Source: Candidatus Nitrospira inopinata (lineage in GTDB: Bacteria; Nitrospirota; Nitrospiria; Nitrospirales; Nitrospiraceae). Taken from it: DNA of 32,000 nt. The translations under genes and the position numbers were made by a program. Of the stretch, positions 1-7,659 are shown piece after piece. How positions within the stretch are numbered: position 1 is the first letter of the stretch; the number at the start of each line of letters is the position of its first letter. Where the stretch lies: positions 1,800,001 to 1,832,000 of the forward strand of contig NZ_LN885086.1 of assembly GCF_001458695.1 (NCBI RefSeq). Direction: 5' to 3'. Below the pieces are notes generated by a model. That model made no database searches and was not told the origin of the DNA. It saw nothing but the letters and a program-made list of their open reading frames with translations.

Positions 1-1171
1 CTCCTTCGATTGAGTAAATGGTGACGAAACGCTTGGCGAGGCCTCCCGACCTCTGGTCTTTGTCACCTGGCCGGAGAAGCATTTTCGTCACGGACATGAA
101 AGACCGCGCGGCCGCAACGGTAGACGTCTCAACTGGATGTCGGGGCATACAGCCAGGATCATCACCGGTGAGTTGAATGGGTTCGGAGGCTGAGCGGGAG
201 AAGAACTCTCGCTTCCCTTTCCCGACCCCAAGCTTGAAGCCGATCTTGCGGACGGTCGCGATGTGGCAGCGACTCTCAGGATGTTGAGCCAACAGTCTTC
301 GAATGACATGTACATGGGCGTCCAGAACCCTGGCGCCGATGGCAAAACCAGGTCCCCAGATGCGAGCGAGCAACTCATCTCTTCGGCACACGGCTGGATA
401 CGATTGCATCAAGGCCTTGAGGATGGCGAAGGGTTTGGCAGAAAGTCGAACCGGCTGGCCGGCGATTCGCACCTCGTGCTGGTCCCCGTCCAGCTCAATG
501 GCACCAATGCGGTGGATCCCGCGAGGGGGGATACGTCCTTTCAACCTCCGCAGGCAGGCGCCAACGGTGGCGGTTAAGAGCCGGGGACCGTCTTCCACAC
601 GATGAAAGCCGTCCACCCCACAGGCCACATCTTCCAGCAAGCGGTCTTCTGGATAGGAGCAGCCAGCGGGAACCACAGTGAGGAGCAGCACATGCCGGAG
701 CGTCGGCTCCGTGCGCATCATTGGCCAATCGTTGACTCGGCAATCCACGAGGACCAAAGAAGGGGCCAATTGCCTGCTGATCGAACATAGATGGCTGGTT
801 GTGACGGCGGAGCGAGTCACATATCCCGCGCGGCGCAGCACTACTTCGAGGTATCCGGCCAGGGTCTGGTCGGCCGAGAGCACGACCAACTCATTAGGTG
901 ATCTCCCATGAGCCGCGCTCTCTGGCCGGGGGAGCGGAACGCTCGGGGAGACAACCTCTTTATGCAAGGGAGCACTCAAGGACTTGATCGTGAATGGAAT
1001 GTCCAATCGTCCTTCCCCTTCCTTAAGCGACGCGGTGGCATGGTGGTCTGCTTGCTGGACAGTTCCTGGTTTCCGCTTGTGGGCGAGGAGACCTTGGAAT
1101 CGTGGAGAGTGGTTGTCCTTACCAGATTTGTTGGTCGATGGCTCCTTTCTGAGTGGTACGGCTCCCATCAT
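1..1171 (-). CDS. OmpR/PhoB-type winged-helix response-regulator-like protein with an atypical receiver. The 3' end runs off the left edge of the window.
   Basis: Absent from the ORF track because there is no stop inside the window. My hand translation of the minus strand (codons phased from 1171) is stop-free down to base 1. It reads NELVVLSADQTLAGYLEVVLRRAGY...SLVLVDCRVNDW...VLLLTVV (CheY-like receiver), then IGAIELDGDQHEVRIAGQPVRLSAKPFAILKALMQSYPAVCRRDELLARIWGPGFAIGARVLDAHVHVIRRLL...IATVRKIGFKL (winged helix). ATGATG at 1171-1166 is preceded by AGGAGA. An in-frame TTG at 889 sits next to the receiver and is an alternative start. At least 80 further codons follow the winged helix. Confidence 0.6.
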   Translation of the reverse strand, partial: MMGAVPLRKEPSTNKSGKDNHSPRFQGLLAHKRKPGTVQQADHHATASLKEGEGRLDIPFTIKSLSAPLHKEVVSPSVPLPRPESAAHGRSPNELVVLSADQTLAGYLEVVLRRAGYVTRSAVTTSHLCSISRQLAPSLVLVDCRVNDWPMMRTEPTLRHVLLLTVVPAGCSYPEDRLLEDVACGVDGFHRVEDGPRLLTATVGACLRRLKGRIPPRGIHRIGAIELDGDQHEVRIAGQPVRLSAKPFAILKALMQSYPAVCRRDELLARIWGPGFAIGARVLDAHVHVIRRLLAQHPESRCHIATVRKIGFKLGVGKGKREFFSRSASEPIQLTGDDPGCMPRHPVETSTVAAARSFMSVTKMLLRPGDKDQRSGGLAKRFVTIYSIEG

Positions 1172-1191
1172 CCGTCTCCTTGCGGCTCTTT

Positions 1192-1211
1192 CAAGACCTA
1201 ACAAGACCTAA
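1192..1211. repeat. Perfect tandem duplication of a 10-bp unit (caagacctaa x2) spanning the stop codon of the TonB-dependent receptor
   Basis: Read directly: 1192-1201 and 1202-1211 are identical. The receptor stop codon (TAG, 1210-1208 on the minus strand) lies inside the second copy. Confidence 0.9.
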
Positions 1212-3496
1212 TATGAGAGCGTCACAAAAAATCTGACGTTGTAGCCCGGCGCTTCTTGGCCAATCCCACCGCCGAAGCCGTTGTTCAAGAAATAGCGGGT
1301 GTTGGTCACGTTGTCGGCGGCGACGTTGAGGCTCAGCCAGTCATAAGGCTGATAGGAGGCGAACAGGTTGTGCACGACGTAACCGGCCTGCCGACCGATG
1401 ATCAGACCGGCCGCGCAGGGGGCCGTGACTTGAGCGGTCGAGCCGGTGATGACCAGCCGGCTGTCGACCGCTCGGATTCGATAGCCGTATTCCAGCCGGT
1501 GGCCGAGATCGCTCCGCCCTACGGTGAAGACGAGTGTATCGCCTGGAATGTCAAACAGATCTCGCTCGCCTTCGCACACCTGCTTGCCCCGCACGCCGGA
1601 GAGAGCCAGATTGCTGAACCAGTGGTCGGTCCGAAATCCCATCTCGATTTCCAGTCCCTGCCGATACTCTTCCCCGTCCTGCGTGAAGCTCGTGCAGATG
1701 CGGTTGGGCAGCGAAAAGTTGAACGGCTCGCATCGCGCGCCGGTGGCCGTGCGCGCCATGAGCGAATAGAGGGTATGGGCCACGTGAATGCGGTAGTACA
1801 CCACCTTGGCCGTCAGCAGGGTGCCGGGCGCAAACAATCCCGGATAAGACAGCGAAAGTCCGAACTCATGGTTGCGAGCGGTCTGGGGAACGTAGCGATC
1901 GCCGCAGACGCCGGAATCGGGAGCCAGTCGCCCGAAGAGAAAGCGATTGCAGCGGCTGAACGGACCTTGCGTGAAGTATTCGTCGACGAGCGGAGGGCGA
2001 AAGGCTTCGGCGTAATTGTAGAACGCCGTCAAGGGGCCGCCGAACATATTCCAGGCGATCCCGGCGGCCGGAGCGGTTTTCCCGAACTCGATGACGGGAC
2101 TTCGACCTTCCGCCCGCAAGAGATCACGGGTTTCCTGCGCGTCGACTTCGGTCTTATAGGTGTCATGCCGGAGACCGGCGGTGAGGCTCACGTGGCCGAC
2201 GTCAAGACGATTTTCAATCATGTACGCAAGAAAAGCTCTCGTGCCCGACGGCTGACTCAGATTGTCCACCGTTTCACGCCGGCGGGTGCCGGGGTTCAGT
2301 CGTTCGGTCGTCGTTTCGCGGGCGTTCCGGTTGTACTGGACGCCGTAGGTGACGGTATTGAGGATTGGCCCGACACGCAGCGCCGTCGTATTGGTGACAT
2401 TGAATGTGGCGATGCGGTAATCCCAAAAATTCGTCGGCGAATCGAGGATGGGGATACCCCTGGCGCTCTGCCGATCGGAATCCGTGACGCTTGTGCTGGT
2501 GTAACCCGCTGCTCCCTTGAGAGTGATCCAGCGGGAAAGCAGCGGCGAGGCCGGTGTATACTCTAGGTTCGCGGTGGAAGTGCTGTCCGCCACGGCGCGG
2601 CGCACAAAGCCGAAGACACCGGGGATGCCGATCGTCGCGTCGAACGGTTGTAACGTCTCCTCCTGAAGATAGGTCTCTCCCAGCGAGAGGCTTGTGCTGG
2701 GCCTCCATCGGTAGGTCGCTTTCGCCAATCCGCTCAACCGGTTCGACGTCGAGTTCGGCAATTCGTTGCCGCTTGCCGTTCTGATGTTGTCCGAATCCCG
2801 CCACGTCACGTTGGCAAGCAGATCGAGCGCGCCGAACGCCATCCCATAGGTGCTGCCCGAGACAAGCGTTTCCATGTTGTTACTGGAAAACCCCGACTTG
2901 GCGCGAGCCCCGAACCGCTCGCCGGGACGGAGAAGATCGGCGGCGTCTTTGGTCCGCATCTCCACCGCGCCGCCGATGGCGCCGGACCCTTGCAAGACCC
3001 CGGCGGGCCCGCGCGTGACTTCGATCTCTTTGAGCAGTTCCGGCTCGATGAAGACCCCGCTGCCGGAGCGGTATTTTTCGAAATTGCGGACGGCGCCGTC
3101 GAGTTTGAGCAGCACGTCCTCGGTGTCGTTGAATCCCCGAATGTTGAATTTCATGCCGCCCATGAGGGGCCCGCCGTCGGTCGCTACGCCGGGGGTGTCT
3201 TGGAGAACGGTGAAGACGTTGTCCGCCTGCCGCCGATTGAGCTCCCGACCGGTCACCGTCGTGCGTGAGCGCACCGGATCGACTTCAACGGCGTCTCGTT
3301 TTCCTTTCACTTCCACCTCCGCCAGCACCAGTGACGGATCCTGATCCGTATCCAGTTCGTCGTCCGGTTGCGGAGCTCCCTCGACGGCGTGATCCGCTGC
3401 GTGGCCCATCCCGCCGCCGATCGCGCCCGGTATCAGCAACACGATCGCGCTGAATGCCGCTCCACGGAGTATATGGTTCATGCCGCTGGGGGGCAT
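1208..3496 (-). CDS. TonB-dependent outer-membrane receptor
   Basis: 762-aa ORF. N-terminal signal-like segment (AAFSAIVLLIPGAIGG). Plug-domain motifs (DTPGVATDGG...NIRGF...LLKLDGAVRNF...IEVTRGPAGVLQGSGAIGGAVEM). Long beta-barrel region with an AFRPP(L) box and a C-terminal aromatic residue (FFVTLSY). An alternative ATG is at 3481. Confidence 0.9.
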   Translation of the reverse strand: MPPSGMNHILRGAAFSAIVLLIPGAIGGGMGHAADHAVEGAPQPDDELDTDQDPSLVLAEVEVKGKRDAVEVDPVRSRTTVTGRELNRRQADNVFTVLQDTPGVATDGGPLMGGMKFNIRGFNDTEDVLLKLDGAVRNFEKYRSGSGVFIEPELLKEIEVTRGPAGVLQGSGAIGGAVEMRTKDAADLLRPGERFGARAKSGFSSNNMETLVSGSTYGMAFGALDLLANVTWRDSDNIRTASGNELPNSTSNRLSGLAKATYRWRPSTSLSLGETYLQEETLQPFDATIGIPGVFGFVRRAVADSTSTANLEYTPASPLLSRWITLKGAAGYTSTSVTDSDRQSARGIPILDSPTNFWDYRIATFNVTNTTALRVGPILNTVTYGVQYNRNARETTTERLNPGTRRRETVDNLSQPSGTRAFLAYMIENRLDVGHVSLTAGLRHDTYKTEVDAQETRDLLRAEGRSPVIEFGKTAPAAGIAWNMFGGPLTAFYNYAEAFRPPLVDEYFTQGPFSRCNRFLFGRLAPDSGVCGDRYVPQTARNHEFGLSLSYPGLFAPGTLLTAKVVYYRIHVAHTLYSLMARTATGARCEPFNFSLPNRICTSFTQDGEEYRQGLEIEMGFRTDHWFSNLALSGVRGKQVCEGERDLFDIPGDTLVFTVGRSDLGHRLEYGYRIRAVDSRLVITGSTAQVTAPCAAGLIIGRQAGYVVHNLFASYQPYDWLSLNVAADNVTNTRYFLNNGFGGGIGQEAPGYNVRFFVTLSY

Positions 3497-3497
3497 T

Positions 3498-3527
3498 GGC
3501 GTGGCCCCTGTTTGAGGCGGCCACGCC
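3498..3527. other. 9-bp inverted repeat (ggcgtggcc / ggccacgcc, 12-nt loop) between the PEP-CTERM gene and the receptor gene
   Basis: Read directly at 3498-3506 and 3519-3527. No U-tract follows on the minus strand, so it is not a canonical intrinsic terminator. It could be an mRNA processing, stability or attenuation element. Confidence 0.3.
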
Positions 3528-3550
3528 GCCGCGGACGCGCGCTGAAATCC

Positions 3551-4279
3551 TTAGGCTGCTTGTCTCTTGCGTCGAGCCATCGTCGCGAGGCCGATGATGC
3601 CGGAGCCGAACAGATACACCGCGCCGGGCACCGGGATAGGCGCCGGCGATCGTCCAGGACCGATGTCGATCGAGAGCTGGTCCAAGCTGACGCTGGACCC
3701 TACGGCGTTCCACGTGATTCGGAACGACGAGGCGTTCGGCACTCCCAGCCATGACACGAGCGCTTCCACCTCGTTCCCACCGAAACCGCCTACGACGGCC
3801 TCGTTGTACAGCAGCGAATAGGTGCCGCCGATACCGTTCAAGAGGAAGTTCGTGAAGCTGCGATTCAGCGAGACGTTGAATTCACCCACCGACCCTAGAC
3901 GCAAATAGACGTCACGGGTGTCGGATGGCGCCCCGCCCATGTTGCCGATGGTGAATTCGAAGGCGATTGGCGCGACGGGGCTGTAGATATTGCCTCCGCT
4001 GGTAAGGAACGCGGCGCCGGTGAGTTCTTCCAGCCTGTAGGTGCCGCCTCCGAAGTTGGCGACTTCCGGCGTGGTGTCTTGAATGTTTCCACCGGGAATA
4101 TTGTCGTTAAAGACGTTCCATTCGGCGTAGAGGCTGCCGGGTGTGACGCCTCGTGTCCACCCTGCGGGGGTGAAGTTGACATCCCACACGGCCTGTGTCG
4201 CCTGGGCCGTCTGACCGGAGGCGAAACAGAGCCCTAAACCGAGAATGCCGCTCGTCAACAATGACTTCATACTGTTCAT
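3551..4279 (-). CDS. Secreted protein of unknown function with a C-terminal PEP-CTERM-type sorting signal
   Basis: Start chosen at ATG 4279 (AGGAG 8 nt upstream), giving MNSMKSLLTSGILGLGLCFASGQTAQA as a signal peptide. The C-terminus PVPGAVYLFGSGIIGLATMARRKRQAA has the P-x-P motif, a hydrophobic helix and a basic cluster typical of PEP-CTERM/exosortase substrates. Confidence 0.75.
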   Translation of the reverse strand: MNSMKSLLTSGILGLGLCFASGQTAQATQAVWDVNFTPAGWTRGVTPGSLYAEWNVFNDNIPGGNIQDTTPEVANFGGGTYRLEELTGAAFLTSGGNIYSPVAPIAFEFTIGNMGGAPSDTRDVYLRLGSVGEFNVSLNRSFTNFLLNGIGGTYSLLYNEAVVGGFGGNEVEALVSWLGVPNASSFRITWNAVGSSVSLDQLSIDIGPGRSPAPIPVPGAVYLFGSGIIGLATMARRKRQAA

Positions 4280-4407
4280 GTCTCTGACTCCTTTCAGTAC
4301 GTGATGATCGATCTTCACGTCTCATCCTCAGAGGCCGTGCGATCAATGGTGTTCACTGTGTGCCAACGGGCAACGGGCCCGCCCCGTCTGCCACCGTCGA
4401 ACGGTTT

Positions 4408-4641
4408 TTACGAGAGCGTTCCGTACACTCGTGCATCCTCCTTTCTCTTCCCGTTCGCCAGATCCGGATAGTCCACGACAAATCGATATTGCCGCCCACA
4501 ATGCAGGATGACTTCCTTCTGCCCTCGCTTAAGGAGGCGAATTTCCACCCGCAGCTCCGCGAACCCGTCGTGCGCGAACAGGTCGTCATAGATGGCGGAA
4601 AGACGGGATTTGACCTCCTCGTTCCTGACATGCGCGGACAT
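4408..4641 (-). CDS. Small (77 aa) cytoplasmic-looking hypothetical protein
   Basis: ORF with GGAGAG upstream of the ATG. Balanced, non-Arg-biased composition (…IYDDLFAHDGFAELRVEIRLLKRGQKEVILHCGRQYRFVVDYPD…). No signal peptide and no family recognised. Confidence 0.55.
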   Translation of the reverse strand: MSAHVRNEEVKSRLSAIYDDLFAHDGFAELRVEIRLLKRGQKEVILHCGRQYRFVVDYPDLANGKRKEDARVYGTLS

Positions 4642-4753
4642 GGTGCTCTCCGGTTGTTCAGACGACGAAAGCTGGCTGGCGACTGGACGAGACGGCTCTG
4701 GTGCCGAGGCTGGTCCCCTCTTGTGAACCGCTCACCTTCCTTTTGCCCCCGGT

Positions 4754-6442
4754 CTATGGCCGAACCTGCGCGGCCTGCTCATCCCGCGACGTCAGCTCAG
4801 CCGTGAGCCTCGTCAGCCCATCCTCAATCCAGCGGGTCAACGCCGGATCGACCAGTCCTCTATCATTCAGCTCAAAATTCAACCCTGCCAGCATGTGTCT
4901 GTACGGCCCTGCTCCATACAGCCGATGGGCGATGACCAACACGCGGCCCTCTCGGCTGGCCTCCTCGATGGTGGCCCGGACGGTGGCGACGGCTTTCTCG
5001 CGTTTGTCCGGCCAGTCTTCCCGCACGGTGAGCGCCCTGATGTCTTTGAGCTTGGCGCAGTGGGGCTCTTGGCGGAGGCGCGCGATGTGTTCGTTCATGA
5101 CGGCGATCCACCGGTTGTCCCCTTCGTCGGTCCCATCGCCGTGGGCCAGCAGCAGGACTGTCTCTTCCGTCGGGTCCTGGCTCAGTTCGGCGATCCGTTT
5201 GTGAAGCACCGTGGCGATGTCGGGATTCTGCTCATAGCCGCCGAAGGTCGAAAAGGTAACGGCGGTGCGAACCTGGGGTGGCGCGCCGGCCGATCCGTGC
5301 CCGCCGTCGTGATCGTCGGCAGGTGGATGATCGCTCAAGCCGAGAATGTAATCGGTGAGCGACTTCATGTGATGATCCAAGGCGTACAGCCGGACAAAGA
5401 CCACATGTCTGATGCCGCGTTGTTCCAGACGGGAGACCGCATCCTGAATGATGAACGGGTCTCCCATGCCATAGGCCATCTCAATAGGGTACTTGGCCAT
5501 GAGCGGCCGGATCGTCGCTTCGACCGCGTCGTTCCACGGTTGGGTCGATCCGTGGGGCATCACGACAACGCCGATCTGCTCTGCGGCCAGGGGCATTTCG
5601 CGGTTGGCGGTTTTCTTGAGCCACAGCAGCGCGTTCGGATGGGGAAGCAATTCCTCCGGTCTGTAGGCGACGCGGGTGTTGCCGAATTGAGTCCCCAGCC
5701 AGGCCGACAGCGACATGGATGAATCCAGTTTTGGGCCGATGAAGGCGGGAATCACGAGGGTTCGGCCCGCTTTCGCCGCATGGGACATGATGCGAGCCAA
5801 AGCCGCGTCGTTTTTTTGCCGCGCTCGGTCTGCGTCTCGCTCATAGAGAATGACGGCTTCGGTCTCGCGAAAGGCGCGATAGCGGTTCACGTAGGCCAAC
5901 AGACGATGCAGATCCGTTTTTATGGCCTGTTCACTGGCTTCGTCGACCGCTCCGGTTCCGACGAGGATCACCCGCTCCGTTTCAGGATGCTCGCTGAGAG
6001 CGGTGATGCGATCCAGCACGATTTGAGCGATCAGGTAATCGTGCGCCATGGGGGGAGCCCATCGCACGGGGAGTTCGTCGGCGTAAGCCGGTAACAGCGG
6101 CTTGATGCGCGCGAGCAACGGGTCAGACTCCGACACAAACAGGGGAATCGCCACGATTTCCGTGACGCCGGCTTCTTTCAATGACCGAGCGGCCCTCGTC
6201 AGATAGGAAGCATAGTCTCCCTTGACTCCCGTCTCGTCTCGCCCGACGAAGCCAAGCGCCACCGGATAGGTTTGCTTGAATTCATCGACCAGGGATGAGA
6301 TTTCCTTGTTGCCGAGATATCCCCGATCGGGAGCGAGCACCAGGAATCCTACTTTGGAGGGAGCGGCCTCGGCCGCCGCGGCCTGAACACCGAGCGCAAA
6401 CAGGAGGGTCGTTGCGTATCTCGTGATGGTCTGTCGGGACAT
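4754..6442 (-). CDS. Secreted multi-domain CbiX/SirB-like (class II chelatase fold) protein with four tandem half-domains
   Basis: Start chosen at ATG 6442 (AAGGA 8 nt upstream), giving MSRQTITRYATTLLFALGVQAAAAEAA as a Sec-type signal. There are four repeats of the CbiX half-domain pattern: VGFLVLAPDRG…EIVAIPLFVSESD; RVILVGTGAVDE…TLVIPAFIGPKLD; IGVVVMPHGSTQPWNDAV…HVVFVRLYALDHHM; TVLLLAHGDGTDEGDNRW…RVLVIAHRLYGAGPY. Only the last two keep the HG(S/D) histidine motif. Confidence 0.75.
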   Translation of the reverse strand: MSRQTITRYATTLLFALGVQAAAAEAAPSKVGFLVLAPDRGYLGNKEISSLVDEFKQTYPVALGFVGRDETGVKGDYASYLTRAARSLKEAGVTEIVAIPLFVSESDPLLARIKPLLPAYADELPVRWAPPMAHDYLIAQIVLDRITALSEHPETERVILVGTGAVDEASEQAIKTDLHRLLAYVNRYRAFRETEAVILYERDADRARQKNDAALARIMSHAAKAGRTLVIPAFIGPKLDSSMSLSAWLGTQFGNTRVAYRPEELLPHPNALLWLKKTANREMPLAAEQIGVVVMPHGSTQPWNDAVEATIRPLMAKYPIEMAYGMGDPFIIQDAVSRLEQRGIRHVVFVRLYALDHHMKSLTDYILGLSDHPPADDHDGGHGSAGAPPQVRTAVTFSTFGGYEQNPDIATVLHKRIAELSQDPTEETVLLLAHGDGTDEGDNRWIAVMNEHIARLRQEPHCAKLKDIRALTVREDWPDKREKAVATVRATIEEASREGRVLVIAHRLYGAGPYRHMLAGLNFELNDRGLVDPALTRWIEDGLTRLTAELTSRDEQAAQVRP

Positions 6443-6459
6443 GGCGTTCATCCTTGGCC

Positions 6460-7542
6460 TCATCGATCGAATTCGTTGAGTCGGTAGCGAATGGGGACCA
6501 CGACCGTGATCTTGGGCTTGTTGAGAGCTTGCGTGAGAGGGAGAGGGCAAGCCCTCCGCATCAGTCCCAGCGCGTCGTCATCCAGCACTCCGTAACCCGA
6601 GCTTTTCGTCACTGCCGCGTTGATCAGATGGCCGTCCTTGTCGATCGTCGCCTTGACGACCACGATTCCTTCCCATCCGCGCTGGCGAGCCAGAGGGGGG
6701 TAGGCTTGGAGGCGCACGATCCGGTTTCTCAACAGCTCCATCAGCCATCCATAGTTCGGTTTGGAAAGAGCCGTCCGTGTGACGGACGGTGTGAGAGGAG
6801 AATGGCTGAGCGTGTCCAGGTCCGTTTGACCCTCCGCGTCAAACGAGTCCGAGACGGTTGGCGAACGGGGAGGGGAAGAATCGGACGGTCGCTCGTCGCG
6901 TCGAGTTTGATCCGATGAGGCAACGTCTTGCCGATCCGACGGAAGCGGGTCGGCAGGCGATGGATCGGCAACGACGGGTTCCAGGCGACTCGGTTCTTGA
7001 ACGAGGGAATGAGTCAGGGCATGAACCGGTTCGATCGATGGAACCGGCTGAGTCTCGACGGGGCCGTTATCTGTCCGATGAAATGGTTCAGTCGGCGCAA
7101 CATCGGCCCGCCGCGCGACGTCGTGCGTAGGGACTGCGTCGGTTGACCGAAGCGGTGGCGCGGTCGCGTGAGAAGGCGGGGTGGACCGGCGTCCTTGGTC
7201 CATAGCGCGAGTCGGGAGCGGAGGCTCCGCCGGAAGATCCGGCGGAGCCTCCCGCGTCGGCCGGTTGAGAGGAGGAGAGGAGACCGGCTGACTGCCTGAT
7301 GGAGCAGTGTCACTGTCCGAGTGATCGGGACCTGGCTGTGCCTCTGAAGGTGACAAGAGCACCAGCTCCAGGTGGAAGTCTTGAGGCGGGGGAGGAGGCA
7401 TCTGAGTCAAGAGGCCGGCTGCCGCAATGATGAGGGCCGCATGGACCGTGACGGACGTTGCCCAGCCGGACAGTCGCCCGCGGCGGCGGATCATCGTGAA
7501 GGATGCTCGGCATAAGGGGACCATTGCAGACGCAGTGGACAT
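6460..7542 (-). CDS. tonB: TonB family energy-transducer paralogue with no adjacent exbBD
   Basis: N-terminal TM segment with an S-x3-H motif (SVTVHAALIIAAAGLL). Very long Pro/Ser/Asp-rich linker. C-terminal TonB domain (YPPLARQRGWEGIVVVKATIDKDGHLINAAVTKSSGYGVLDDDALGLMRRACPLP…VVVPIRYRL). Confidence 0.85.
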   Translation of the reverse strand: MSTASAMVPLCRASFTMIRRRGRLSGWATSVTVHAALIIAAAGLLTQMPPPPPQDFHLELVLLSPSEAQPGPDHSDSDTAPSGSQPVSSPPLNRPTREAPPDLPAEPPLPTRAMDQGRRSTPPSHATAPPLRSTDAVPTHDVARRADVAPTEPFHRTDNGPVETQPVPSIEPVHALTHSLVQEPSRLEPVVADPSPADPLPSDRQDVASSDQTRRDERPSDSSPPRSPTVSDSFDAEGQTDLDTLSHSPLTPSVTRTALSKPNYGWLMELLRNRIVRLQAYPPLARQRGWEGIVVVKATIDKDGHLINAAVTKSSGYGVLDDDALGLMRRACPLPLTQALNKPKITVVVPIRYRLNEFDR

Positions 7543-7569
7543 GATCTAATCGTTTATGGAATTGAGTCT

Positions 7570-7588
7570 AATTCTCATAATCATGTTC
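7570..7588. promoter_or_regulatory. Fur-box-like operator upstream of the tonB paralogue
   Basis: aattctcataatcatgttc matches GATAATGATAATCATTATC at 13/19 positions. It lies in an AT-rich island 28 nt upstream of ATG 7542. A fur gene is present in the window. Confidence 0.5.
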
Positions 7589-7622
7589 TAGAGCTTATAC
7601 TGGGGCATCAGGTCGAAGAGCC

Positions 7623-7646
7623 ATGTTCGATCACCGGATTGATATG
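7623..7646. promoter_or_regulatory. Copy A of a conserved 24-nt motif ATGTTCGATCACCGGATTGATATG
   Basis: 21/24 identical to 9298-9321. It lies 80 nt upstream of the tonB-paralogue start codon; copy B lies 81 nt upstream of the cupredoxin-lipoprotein start codon. Confidence 0.4.
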
Positions 7647-7659
7647 TTCAGTTTCTATC

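Noticed and set aside
908-1211. 97-aa and 75-aa plus-strand ORFs at the left end. The minus ORFs 88-378 and 495-788 and the plus ORFs 263-605 belong to the same case.
   Set aside because: All are alternative frames of the region that, in the correct minus frame, encodes a continuous receiver plus winged-helix protein.
1256-2566. 436-aa plus-strand ORF
   Set aside because: It is entirely antisense to the well-supported TonB-dependent receptor. Its Arg/Gly/Ala-rich composition is typical of shadow frames in GC-rich DNA, and it has no recognisable motifs.
3498-3527. Inverted repeat considered as an intrinsic terminator between the PEP-CTERM and receptor genes
   Set aside because: No U-tract follows on the transcribed (minus) strand. 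It is kept only as a low-confidence structural element.
4895-5722. 275-aa plus-strand ORF, and similar antisense ORFs at 9118-9834, 9402-10256, 10837-11769, 15851-16231, 16298-16873, 17465-18004, 20772-21371, 21062-21859, 22058-22642 and 22841-23458
   Set aside because: Each lies opposite a minus-strand gene with clear family motifs. All show low-complexity basic composition. I treat them as GC-rich shadow ORFs.
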